DNA of 64,000 nucleotides from an uncultured Chloroflexia bacterium (GTDB lineage Bacteria; Chloroflexota; Anaerolineae; B4-G1; SLSP01): NCBI GenBank assembly GCA_963751345.1, contig CAVVUS010000011.1, positions 32,001 to 96,000 of the forward strand, read 5' to 3'. Shown piece by piece: positions 43,774 to 54,292 of this stretch (position 1 is its first letter; each line of letters starts with the position of its first letter). The notes under the pieces were generated by a model. It saw only the letters and a program-made list of their open reading frames with translations, ran no database searches and was not told where the DNA came from. The position numbers and the translations under genes were made by a program.

Positions 43774-46441
43774 CTAGATGAGTCCCAGGTCGCGGGCGCG
43801 CGCCACAGCTTCCGTACGCCGCTGAACCTGCAGCTTGCCATAGATGCGCTGGTTGTGGCCTTTCACCGTACTGACCGTGATGAAAAGCCGCTCGGAGATC
43901 TGCCGGTTTGTGAGGCCCAGGGCAACCAAGTGCAGGATCTCCAGCTCACGCTCGCTTAGCGGCTCGATGAGCGGCTGTTGGCCGGCCGGACCTGGTAGAC
44001 CGGAGTCACCCGCGTCCCTCGGCGTCGTTGCCTCCGCTGCGGCCAGGAGTTTGCTCGTGGTCGCCGGCATGATGCCCCGCGCACGCGCTGCGGTCAGAAG
44101 CTGTGTCATCGGCGGGCCCTCATCGATAAAGCTGCGGATGAGGTTACCGGGTTCTGCCGAGTGCGAGCGCGCCCTCCAGTGCCTGAAGGGCGCCATCTGT
44201 ATCGCCGGACATCTGGAGCGCGACCGCCTGTAGAATGGTTACCCGCAGGTGTTCGGCGAGCGGGCCCTTTTCCTTAGTTTGGTGGCGCAGTGGCCCCAAT
44301 AGGCTCAGCGCCGCCGAGGGATTCCCCTCGGCAAGCCACACCCGGGCTTTGGACAGCGGAAGATCGTGGGTCTGAGCCAGAGATGCCGCGCCTGCAAGGT
44401 CTCCTCGCCGCAGGCGTGTCAGCACCTGGACCGCAGCGACCTCGGGAAGGCGGTGCGCGAAGCCGCGCTCGCGCGCAAATGCCTCGGCCTCGGACAACAG
44501 ACGTAATGCGCCGGGTACATCTCCTCGGGCAAGCTTCACCCGGGCCAGCAGGGCCTTGCAGGCAGCCGGCGTGTCGATGTTGGGGAGATGTCGCCCCAGC
44601 ACGAGGCTCTCCTGCCCGTGTTCTTCGGCAGCGCCAAGATCATTCCACTCATAGGCCAGTCGGGCCAGGCCGAAATGTGCGGCGCACGCAAACGGCAGGG
44701 GCGGATCTCCGGTCAGCTCCAGGACCCGCCGGAACGTTCTCTCCGCCTCGTGCAACTGGTTCTCCTCTTCCTGGATCTGCCCCAGAGAGACGGCAGCCCC
44801 GATGGTGATGATGAGGTTGCCGGATGCCTGGCTGATGGGTATGGTCTCCTCATACACTTGCCGAGCCGCGGCTCTGTTGCCCTGAAGCTGATAGCCGTGC
44901 CCTAGGGTCCAGGAAGCCACGGTGCGGGCTAGCAGATTGTCCGTCTTCAGGTACGCCAGGGCGAGGCGTGATTGCTCGACGACCATATCTGCCCGGCTCT
45001 GGGGAATGGCCTGCATGGCCCGTATCGCCGCGATCCGCCCGAAGAGATCCCGAGTCTCGTCGTCCGGTTCGGCCTCTGCCAAGGCCGTTTCAGCCGCTGA
45101 CAACTTCTCCTCCACGTTCTCGGGCATTTCGCCTACGATGGTCAGCGCAGAGGCGTAATTCACCCACAGTGCGGGTCGGGCATCCAGCACCGCCGCCGGC
45201 AGTGACGCAAGCCAGTCCAACACCTCGGTCGCCGCGCCTCGGTACTGCAGAGGGGTGCCGCCGCCCTCAATCAAGTCCGCTGCGCGTTCGACGTCGTTGG
45301 CGGCGGCCGCACACCGGAACGCTTCGACGTCCAGGCCATTCCCCTCGTACCACGTGCAGGCCCTGAGGTGCAGTTCTTCCACGTCCGGCGAACCATCCCC
45401 CGACAGCACAGCGGCGCTGTGCTGCAGCCGGTGCCGCAACAGATCGGCAAAGAGACGATGATAACGGTACCAACGGCGCTCGCTGTCCAGGGGGACGAGA
45501 AACAGGTTCGCGCGTTCAAGGTACTCCAAGGTCTGCTGGCCGCCCGTCTGGCCGGTGACTGCATCGCACAAGGCGCCGGTCAGCCGGTCGAGAAGGGAGG
45601 TTCGCAGCAGGAATGTCTGGATACTCTCCGTTTGCTGATCCAGGACCTCCTCGAGCAGATAGTCCAGTATGAAACGGTGACTGCCGGTAAACGACTCGAT
45701 GAACCCCGCGGTGTCTCGCCGTCCCCGCATCGAAATCGCGGCCAGTTGCAGCCCGGCGATCCAGCCCTCGGTACGTCTCTCTATTGCGGCGACGTCGACC
45801 GCGGATAGGTGCAGACCCATCGTCTGATTCAGGAACTCGGCTGTTTCAGCGGAGGTGAAGCGCAGGTCTGCGAAACGTAGTTCGGTCAACTGGTTCTGGG
45901 CGCGCAGCCGCGCCAAGGGGAGCTGGGGGTCCTCTCGTGTCGCGATGACCAGGTGCATCGCCGGCGGCATATGACTCAGCAGGAAGGTGAGGATGTGGTC
46001 AACTCCCTGGGCTTCCACAAGATGGTAATCGTCCAGGATGAGGAGTAGCTCCTGAGAGATCAGCGCGATGTCATTGAGCAGAGCCGCCAGCACTACTTCG
46101 GAGGGTGGGGGGTGAGGGGACTGGAGCAGACCCAGCGCCCCTTGCCCGATGCTTGCGTCAACGGTCTGCAAGGCAGCGACGAGATAGGTCAGGAACCGGA
46201 GGGGATCGCTGTCGGCCTCATCCAGCGACAGCCACGCGACGGCTCCAGGCGGAAACGTTTCGCCCAGAGCCTGGACCCACTCGCTCACCAGCGTGGTCTT
46301 GCCGAAGCCCGCCGGTGCTGAGACGAGTGTGAGTTTACGGGGTGCTTCTTCGTTGAGGCGCTGAATCAGGCGCGACCGAGGGACGGCCCTCGGTCGCGGC
46401 CTGGGGATGTAGAGCTTGGTGGCCAGAATGGACGGTGGCAT
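43774..46441 (-). CDS. MalT-like STAND/LuxR transcriptional regulator (frameshift near 44160)
   Basis: ATKLYIP, SAPAGFGKTT, LILDDYH, TEGWIAGLQL, WYRYH, and C-terminal LSERELEIL HTH. Confidence 0.93.
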
Positions 46442-46521
46442 AGACCGATGTTAGCCTCGGCACCGAGCGGGAAAGCCCCAACGCGCGACCAGCGCGGTGT
46501 GACTTTGGACAAAGCTTCCCG

Positions 46522-46789
46522 CTACTCCAGGTGTCCGCCCTCCTTCGCTTGTTGCAGGACATCCAGGATGGCCGCAACCAACTGCCGAGCATCCTGCTTC
46601 GCTCAACTCAACAGCGACTCGGGCGTCCAGCCCCAAATCCTCGTTGACGAAGTCAATGTTCAGGGCGTGTTCGTGTTGGATGTGGAACGGGTGATCGTAC
46701 GACACGTTGGCCTGGTTGACCGAGAACCAGCCGCCGGTCCCCTGGCCGCTGCCGTCGAGTTCGACTTTCTTGACAATCATCGTGCACAT
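46522..46789 (-). CDS. DUF6295-like small protein (frameshift near 46597)
   Basis: MCTMI...GSGQG..GWF..SYDHPFH..EHALNIDF; typical partner of dienelactone hydrolase. Confidence 0.7.
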
Positions 46790-46801
46790 GGTTTCCCTCC
46801 C

Positions 46802-47566
46802 CTACGCTTCCGTCTGCAGGTACTTGGCCAGGAACGCGAAGATCTTCTCCCACCCATCCACTGCTTGCTGCTGCCGGTAGTTCGGCCTGTGGTAGTAGAA
46901 GAAACCGTGCCCTGCGCCCGGATACCTGTGAAACTCATAGACCTTGCCGTGGTCGATCAGTGCCTGTTCGTGGATGTCGACCTGCTCCGGACTGGGGCTG
47001 CTATCATCATTTCCAAAGAGACCCAGGATCGGGCACGCGAGGTCCGCAGTGTAGTCAATCGGAGCGACCGGGCGCTTGGGAGTCAAGTCTTTCTCAGCCG
47101 TCACCACCCCGCCTCCCCAGCAATCCACCACCGCATCCACGTCCGGGATCCTGCACGCTGCCAGATAGGCCTGCCGGCCACCGGAACAGGTGCCGAATAG
47201 CCCGACTTTGCCGTTGACGTAGGGCAGGGACCGCAGGAGTGCGACGCCACCAGCGACGTCACCCACGACCTGATCATCCGGGATTCCGCCATCCCCACGG
47301 ACTTTCACGGCGACGTTTTCCGGTGTGCCATGCCCAACCCGGAAATACAGATCTGGGGATAACGCTACATAACCGTGGTGCGCGAACCTGCGGGTTGCTT
47401 CCCGGTACCATTCATCCCAACCGGGCATATGGTGGAGCAACACGAGCGCGGGGAAGGGTCCAGGTCCCAATGGACGCGCAAGGTAGGCGTTGATCAACGT
47501 TCCGCCATCTCCGCACACAGTGACCGTTTCTGCCAGCATACCTTCGTACATCTGCGTTTGATACAT
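46802..47566 (-). CDS. Dienelactone hydrolase family protein
   Basis: GTCSGG nucleophile motif and YPGAGHGFF. Confidence 0.92.
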   Translation of the reverse strand: MYQTQMYEGMLAETVTVCGDGGTLINAYLARPLGPGPFPALVLLHHMPGWDEWYREATRRFAHHGYVALSPDLYFRVGHGTPENVAVKVRGDGGIPDDQVVGDVAGGVALLRSLPYVNGKVGLFGTCSGGRQAYLAACRIPDVDAVVDCWGGGVVTAEKDLTPKRPVAPIDYTADLACPILGLFGNDDSSPSPEQVDIHEQALIDHGKVYEFHRYPGAGHGFFYYHRPNYRQQQAVDGWEKIFAFLAKYLQTEA

Positions 47567-47843
47567 CTTACCCTCCTTCGCAACTGCTATGCCAGACTCA
47601 CCGAACGGTACGACTCGAGTTGCGGCCCACAGCCAGTCCATACTGAAGTCGAGGATCCAGAGTTCCGCCGCCTTCCTCGCCCAGAATGTCGGTGTCTCGT
47701 AGGCTGCATCGTCTATGATATGCCCGATCCCATTGTTCGCCATCGTGATCATCAGGGCATCGGCAAAGGATGCCTGCTGCCCGACTTTCCGCGAACGTTG
47801 GGGAAGTGCGGGACTGTTTTGCGCAATTGACCCCCGGTTCCCG

Positions 47844-47871
47844 TTGACAGATTACGGAGCAGCGTTACAAT
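47844..47871 (+). promoter_or_regulatory. Sigma70-type promoter for secDF
   Basis: TTGACA-N16-TACAAT. Confidence 0.55.
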
Positions 47872-47964
47872 CCTGCCTGTGTAGGCCCTCCCATCTATCT
47901 TATGGGGAGCGGCCTATTTTCTTGACTTGCACTGTGCATATGTAGCTTCTGGTTTGGAGGGGGC

Positions 47965-49395
47965 ATGACTAAGCGTACTTATAGACGTAAGGAAGGGTCT
48001 ACTCGCAATAGTTTCATCGCGATTGCCCTTTTGGCGGTGGTGGCGACGTACCTGGTGGCGCCGCTCCCGCATCCACAGTGGCTGTCTAGCCTGCTCTTCT
48101 GGCGTCCAGAAGGCAGGCGGTCCCTAGACTTCCAGTTGGGCCTGGATCTGCGAGGCGGCATTCAGGTGCTGTTGGCGGCCGATCTGCAGCCGGGGCAAGT
48201 GCTGGCGCCTGGTGCGATGGAAACGGCGCGCACGATTATCGAGAATCGTGTCAATGCTCTCGGCTTGACCGAGCCCGTCGTTCAGGTACAGGGAACGGAT
48301 CGCATCGTCGTGGAGATCCCTGGGGTTGACGATCCTGCCCAGGCTCTTGATACGATCCGCGAGACGTCCCTGCTCGAGTTTGTCGAGCCGCCTGCCAACA
48401 TCTCCGCTGAAAGTCTGGTCGCGGGCACTGTCGTTCGCACCACCTATCTGATGACCGATACAACCCCGATCACGCCCTCTGCATCGGGGACGCTGCCGCC
48501 GCTCTTCACCACGATTTTGGCCGGTGGGGAACTGCAGGGGGCGTATGCAACTCGAGACCCGCAGACTTCCGAACCTGTGGTCGCCATCCAGTTTACGTCG
48601 GCAGGGACGCGTGTCTTTGCCGCCTACACAGCATCGCACGTGGGGCAGAGGCTCTGCATGGTGCTGGACAAGAAGATCCTCTCCTGCCCGCGCATTAACA
48701 CCAGCATCCCCGACGGAAATGCTGTGATCCAAGGGAGTTTCACGGCGGATTCCGCCCAGCAGTTGGCGCTGCAGTTGCAGTACGGCGCGCTTCCTGTGGC
48801 CTTGAAGATTGAGAGCTACAAATCGATCGGCCCCAGCCTGGGCACGATCTCGGTCGAGAAGAGCATTCGGGCAGGCACGGTTGGACTGGCGGTCGTTTTT
48901 CTCTTTATGCTGCTGTATTACCGTGTCAACGGTCTGGCTGCCGATCTGGCGCTGGCCCTCTACGTTGTCCTGAACTTGCTGGTCTACAAGCTGGTTCCCG
49001 TGACACTGACGCTGCCGGGCATTGCCGGCTTCTTGCTTTCCGTCGGCATGGCCGTGGACGCCAATATTCTGGTCTTCGAGCGGATGAAGGAAGAGGTGCG
49101 CCGGGGCAACGTGTTGTCCCGGGCCGCCGAGAGTGGATTCTCCCGAGCGTGGACGTCGGTGCGTGACTCCAACATCGCCACGTTGCTGACGTGCCTCATC
49201 CTGTACATGTTCGGTTCGGCGTTCGCCGCGAGTCTGGTCAAGGGTTTTGCCATCACCCTGGCCTTGGGAACGCTCATCAATCTGTTCACAGCGATCGTCG
49301 TGACACGCACCCTGATTCGAGTGATCTTTGGCGCGCTGGAGACGCGGCTTCAGGCTAGACCGTGGCTGTTGGGGCTTAGGAGGGGCAATGACTAA
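47965..49395 (+). CDS. secD: Protein translocase subunit SecD
   Basis: LGLDLRGG, IGPSLG, LTLPGIAG, GMAVDANILVFER and VKGFAITL. Confidence 0.96.
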   Translation: MTKRTYRRKEGSTRNSFIAIALLAVVATYLVAPLPHPQWLSSLLFWRPEGRRSLDFQLGLDLRGGIQVLLAADLQPGQVLAPGAMETARTIIENRVNALGLTEPVVQVQGTDRIVVEIPGVDDPAQALDTIRETSLLEFVEPPANISAESLVAGTVVRTTYLMTDTTPITPSASGTLPPLFTTILAGGELQGAYATRDPQTSEPVVAIQFTSAGTRVFAAYTASHVGQRLCMVLDKKILSCPRINTSIPDGNAVIQGSFTADSAQQLALQLQYGALPVALKIESYKSIGPSLGTISVEKSIRAGTVGLAVVFLFMLLYYRVNGLAADLALALYVVLNLLVYKLVPVTLTLPGIAGFLLSVGMAVDANILVFERMKEEVRRGNVLSRAAESGFSRAWTSVRDSNIATLLTCLILYMFGSAFAASLVKGFAITLALGTLINLFTAIVVTRTLIRVIFGALETRLQARPWLLGLRRGND

Positions 49396-50326
49396 CTTCG
49401 TGCAGCGACGCAAACTTTTCTTTACCATCGCCGGCATACTCATCCTGCTGAGTGTAGCTGCGTTAGTTGCCTCTGCGGTGCTGTTCCAAGGTCAGGCCCT
49501 GCGCATCAGCACTGACTTCACCGGTGGCACGTTGTTTGTCCTGCGCTTTGAGCAGCCTGTACTTGCGAGCGATATCCGCGGCGTCTTTGCCGATCACGGC
49601 CAGGCCGGCGCAATCGTGCAGGAGTTGGGGGCGGTGGAAGACAACACGTGGCAGGTACGAACGCGCTATATGACTGCCGATGAGGCTCAGCTAGTCCTGG
49701 CAGAGCTGGATGCGAAGGTGGGGACGGTCGACCGCCAGCTTTCGAACTGGAGTGTTGTAGAGCCGACGGTGGGTGCAGAAGTGGCGAAGCAGGCCGCTTT
49801 GGCGGTGTCGGTCGCCTCCGCCGTGATCCTGGTCTTCATCTGGTTCTCGTTCCGGCGTGTGCCCAATCCCATGCGCTACGGTGTGGTGACGATTGTCGCT
49901 ATGCTCGTTAACGTCGTCATCGCCTTGGGCTTCTATGCCTTGATGGGGATCCTAAGTGGTTGGGAAGCGGACGCGCTGTTTCTGACCGCGCTGTTGACGG
50001 TGATCGGTTTCTCGGTGCAGGACCTGATTGTGGTTTTCGACCGTATCCGCGAGAATACCCCACGCTATCGCGGCGAATCGTTTGAGACCATCGTGAATCG
50101 TAGCGTTGCCGAGACGGTTGTGCGGTCGTTGGCCACGCAACTGAATGCAATGTTTGTGATGGTGGCGATCCTGGCGTTTGGCGGCGCAACGATCAAGCCC
50201 TTTATCGCCGTGATGCTGGTTGGTATGATCAGCGAGACCTATACCTCGCTGTGTGTGGCCGTGCCGTTGCTGGTCGTCTGGGAGAATCGCAGCAATAGCC
50301 GCCTTCCGCGTGGCGCGGCGGCTTAG
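49388..50326 (+). CDS. secF: Protein translocase subunit SecF
   Basis: DFTGGT, IGFSVQDLIVVFDRIRE; overlaps the secD stop. Confidence 0.95.
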   Translation: MTNFVQRRKLFFTIAGILILLSVAALVASAVLFQGQALRISTDFTGGTLFVLRFEQPVLASDIRGVFADHGQAGAIVQELGAVEDNTWQVRTRYMTADEAQLVLAELDAKVGTVDRQLSNWSVVEPTVGAEVAKQAALAVSVASAVILVFIWFSFRRVPNPMRYGVVTIVAMLVNVVIALGFYALMGILSGWEADALFLTALLTVIGFSVQDLIVVFDRIRENTPRYRGESFETIVNRSVAETVVRSLATQLNAMFVMVAILAFGGATIKPFIAVMLVGMISETYTSLCVAVPLLVVWENRSNSRLPRGAAA

Positions 50327-50460
50327 GGATGGATGCCTCTACCGGTGGCTCTCCCTCTCCTCTGTCTAGCACACCACAACGGGTATCCGGACGACGAGGT
50401 GAGGCCGGCAAGGGGTAATCGAAGGGGCTTCGGGCGGCGAGGTCGTGATTGGGAATGTGA

Positions 50461-50496
50461 AGAGAGGCGCCGGGCTGGTAAGCCCGGCGCCTCTCT
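50461..50496. terminator. Intrinsic terminator-like hairpin after secF
   Basis: AGAGAGGCGCCGGGCT-ggta-AGCCCGGCGCCTCTCT, 16-bp stem. Confidence 0.75.
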
Positions 50497-50820
50497 CTGC
50501 CGCACGCACGACCGTTCCTGGTGGGGACAGTGCGCAACCGCGCGGTCTTCTTCTCCACGCCCTGCACCGATGGAGCGGCTTGAATCCTGTGAGGTCCACT
50601 CGTATAACGGAACGACAGCGCTCTCGGCGCTTGGCCCCGGGCGGAAGCGGCGACATACTTCTCCTCTGCCGGATGGGTCAGCACAGCCTCGATTCCTCTG
50701 CAGATACACCAAGATCTGGAAATATGACGAAAAACATCGTATAATTACATAGGCGCGCGCAGTCTTGCGCTCGGTGAATCTGCCGGAATGACAAGTAGGA
50801 CTCACGAGGAGGAAACCAAG

Positions 50821-52234
50821 ATGAAGGCGAGACAGCATATTGAGGCGGAGGCTGCTTCAGCAGCTGCGACTGCCAAAGACCATGTCCGTAGGCCCACCTT
50901 CCAGGATTGGGCCCAGTTTGTCTCCTTCCGACCACAACTGTACTTCAGACCTCAGGATCCGGATGAACTCAAGAAGCTTCCTGACTGGCGTGCAGCAGGG
51001 GGCCTTGGGGCCGAGAAACCCGCGCATCCTCGGTGGTCTGCACTCCTGCTCCGACATCTGCGTGTCCGATGCTATCGTCGACGTGAGCGACTTACCCAAG
51101 ACGATCGAGTTCATGCTGATAACACGACTGTCACTGCGTCGGCCAACTGGCATCTGCACGACTTTCTGTCGGCGTTGAGCGAGCGTGGCAAGTCACTGAA
51201 CGCCACGGGTGGCACAGATGCACAAACGCTCGCAGGATTGATCTCCACCAACACCGCGCCCGCCACGCCGCGCTATGGGATCTATGAGCTGCTGGAGTGG
51301 GTCGAATACCTGACGATTGACGAGGATGGCGAGTCCGTCGTTGAAAAGCGTGTGTCCAGAACTGATCCCGCATTCGCCGCCGTCGTCTGTTCACTGGGTG
51401 CAATCGGCGTTCTGACGAGAGTCCAGTTCAGACTTGTCGACGAACCGTACTTCGAGACCATCCAGAAAATCGTCAGGCTCAACGAGGTACTGACGGATGT
51501 TGCGAAGACCTCACAGACCTATGATTTCTGGCGGATTGATTGGATACCCAATACAGATGTAGGGTTGCTGTGGGCCGCGACGAGAATCCCACAGGCGGAT
51601 CCGGATGGAGACTATCCGGCGGATCAAGCGGAGAATATCATGAAGTACGTCTTCACCCTGCTGGATAGGTTCGAAGCAGCAGGTCCGTTGCTGGATGGCG
51701 CGATGCGACTCATCTACGCCGGCTTGGTGCAGACTTACGGTGAGACCAAGGTAAGTGGACCTCTCCGCACCATGCTGCCGGTGGATCGACGCGCACCGCT
51801 GCATGTGGCGATGGCCGAATGGAGCTTTGACCCGGCTGACCTAGACAACCTGATGGGCCGTTGCAGGGAGTACTTCCGGCACGCGGGGTGGCCCAATCTG
51901 CCGATCGAGATCGAGCTCACGAAGACGGACAACTACTATATGTCTCCGTGGAATTGGCCGGGCTTGGACTACATCGTCAAGTTCAACTTCATGTACATGA
52001 CCGATATCAGCGAAACAGAGTCCGAGAGAGAGCAAATACTGCACGCACTTGCATGGCCTCTGGGATCATCTCATGCACGCCGGCATCCGGTTCAAGGCGC
52101 ATTGGGGCAAAATCAACTTCCTGGACCACAAGTACGTGCGCGACCACTACAGCTTTGAGCAGTTCAAGCCGTACATTCGCCCGATGTTTCTCAACAAGTA
52201 TCTGACCGACCGATTCTACCCAACGGCAGAGTGA
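50821..52234 (+). CDS. FAD-linked oxidoreductase, ALO/gulonolactone oxidase-like (frameshifts near 50975, 51112 and 52048)
   Basis: GGLHSCS, QTLAGLISTNT, CSLGAIGV, AHWGK and FLNKYL. Confidence 0.82.
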
Positions 52235-52555
52235 GGCTACGAGTTCGTCGTCCCGGGGAGGGCGCCCTACAGGTGGCACGAGCGTCTCCGTGGCCAGGGC
52301 AGTGATCTGACGCGTTGATCCTGATTGCCCTTGGGGTCTTTCGGCCCAGTTGGGCGCGCGTTCGCATCATCATGGCACAGAGCACGGTCTTCTCTCTCAC
52401 CGCGACTGCGCTGACCTTTGTCACGACACCCTCCCCTCGGCGCCCGTGACCCCACGGGTCGGCATCACTTCGTCATGTATCGTCTGTTATGGTATATTCC
52501 TTCGAGCGAACACCAAACCCTACACTGGCTGACCCGTCACTGACAAGGAGCCGCC

Positions 52556-53359
52556 ATGGTCGCATCTGAAGCTGCTGAACACTCGGATGAGAATTCCGAG
52601 ACCCTCGCGCAACAGCGGTTTGGGCAGTATGCCCAGAACTACGTGACCAGCGCGCCGCACGCACAAGGTGCGGATCTGGACCGGTTGCTGGAGCTGGCAG
52701 AGCCGCAACCAACATGGGTGGTGCTGGATGTGGCGACGGGTGGGGGACATACGGCGCTCAAGTTCGCGCCGCACGTGGCGCACGTGACCGCGAGTGACAT
52801 CACCCCAGCAATGCTGGAAGCAGCGGAGAAATACCTGACGGGCAAAGGCGTGAGCAATGTGACCTTCAAGCGGGTGGCTGCCGAGGCAATGCCCTTTGAC
52901 GACGCGAGCTTCGATCTCGTCACATGTCGCACCGCACCGCATCACTTCGACGATGCCGCGCTCTTCGTCCAGGAGGCGGCGCGTGTGCTCAAGCCCGGTG
53001 GGGTGCTGTTGGTTCAAGATCACCTGGTACCCGATGACGTCGCGGCGGCCCGCTACATTGAGGCATACGAAAAGCTACGTGACCCCAGTCACAACCAGGC
53101 GTTTGCCGAAGCTGAGTGGCGCGCGATGTTTGCGCACGCCGGCCTGACCGTGACCCACGTGGAGTCGTTGGACAAGATACTCAACTTCGATGACTGGGCA
53201 GATCGCCAGGGCGTGACCCCTCACACCAAAGCGTGCCTGATCGAGCTCGTGCGACAGGCGTCACCTGCTGTCCTGAGCTGGATGCAGCCCCAGGCTTGGG
53301 GCACACCCGATGCTACCTACAACTGCCATCACGTGATCCTGCGGGGCGAGAAGCGCTAG
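52556..53359 (+). CDS. Class I SAM-dependent methyltransferase
   Basis: LDVATGGGH, PFDDASFDLV and RDPSH. Confidence 0.9.
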   Translation: MVASEAAEHSDENSETLAQQRFGQYAQNYVTSAPHAQGADLDRLLELAEPQPTWVVLDVATGGGHTALKFAPHVAHVTASDITPAMLEAAEKYLTGKGVSNVTFKRVAAEAMPFDDASFDLVTCRTAPHHFDDAALFVQEAARVLKPGGVLLVQDHLVPDDVAAARYIEAYEKLRDPSHNQAFAEAEWRAMFAHAGLTVTHVESLDKILNFDDWADRQGVTPHTKACLIELVRQASPAVLSWMQPQAWGTPDATYNCHHVILRGEKR

Positions 53360-53474
53360 GGGCGATGACCCTGAACATCATCTCGTGTTCGGGTGGCCAT
53401 TGAAGCCCGGGCAGCGCGCCGCGCAGCCTAGATCGGCCGGAAGGGGATCTTCAACCGAGATCGCTCCTTTGGGG

Positions 53475-53511
53475 GCAGCCGACTTATCCGATACCCGGAT
53501 AAGTCGGCTGC
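53475..53511. repeat. REP-like palindrome or terminator
   Basis: GCAGCCGACTTATCCG-atacc-CGGATAAGTCGGCTGC, 16-bp stem. Confidence 0.7.
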
Positions 53512-53525
53512 TGAGCTGCTTCTGG

Positions 53526-54268
53526 CTACCGCTCTACAGCATAGCGATTCCAGCTTGCGCGTTGGGCAAAAGGCTTCTTGGTCCGCCTGGGGCCCTGGTC
53601 GGCAGGCAGACCGATGGGCACGATGACGATCATCAGCCGGTCGTCAGGGATCCCCAGTAGATCGCACACCGGTGTGCGTTTGCCTGAGTCACGGAACATA
53701 CCGTCAATCCATCCACCACCATAGCCCAGAGCTGTGGCTGCGAGTAGCATCTGTGTGGTGGCGCACGCGTAGTCCTCAAGATAGTAGGTTGATCCTTCGG
53801 GATCGCGGTTGTGATCTACCACCACCACGATCATGGCCGGTGCCGTCTTGAGTGGGATGGTTCCACCAATCTCCCCGATGCTGGACAGTGTGCGGATCGG
53901 TGAGGATGAGGAATGTCAATCCATCCACCACCATAGCCCAGAGCTGTGGCTGCAAGTAGCATCTGTGTGGTGGCGCACGCGTAGTCCTCGAGATAGTAGG
54001 TTGATCCTTCAGGATCGCGGTTGTCATCTACCACCACTACGATCATCGCCGGTGCCGTTTTCAGTGGGATGGTTCCACCAATCTCCCCAATGCTGGACAG
54101 CGTAGCCGGATCGGTGACGATGACGAACTCGGCGCGTTGAGCGTTGTTGGCCGTAGGTGCGGCCATCCCGGCCTCCACAATCTGGCGAAGGTGCGCTTCC
54201 GGCACCGGATCCGGCCGGAAGGCCGCCTTGTGACTGTAGCGTTTTGATATCGTGTCAAAGAACTCCAT
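53526..54268 (-). pseudogene. Nitroreductase built from two overlapping alleles (out-of-frame duplication)
   Basis: RYSHKAAF, APTANNAQ and LAATALGYG; segment 53703..53913 repeated at 53915..54127. Confidence 0.85.
53703..54127. repeat. Diverged tandem duplication of ~212 bp
   Basis: Two units differing by about 12 substitutions plus 2 nt of indel (manual alignment). Confidence 0.95.
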
Positions 54269-54292
54269 TGGGTCTCTCCTCTGGCTGTGGAA

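Noticed and set aside
53703-54127. Diversity-generating retroelement TR/VR pair (also considered for the GNAT pair)
   Set aside because: Differences are not adenine-specific, are mainly synonymous, and no reverse transcriptase is in the window
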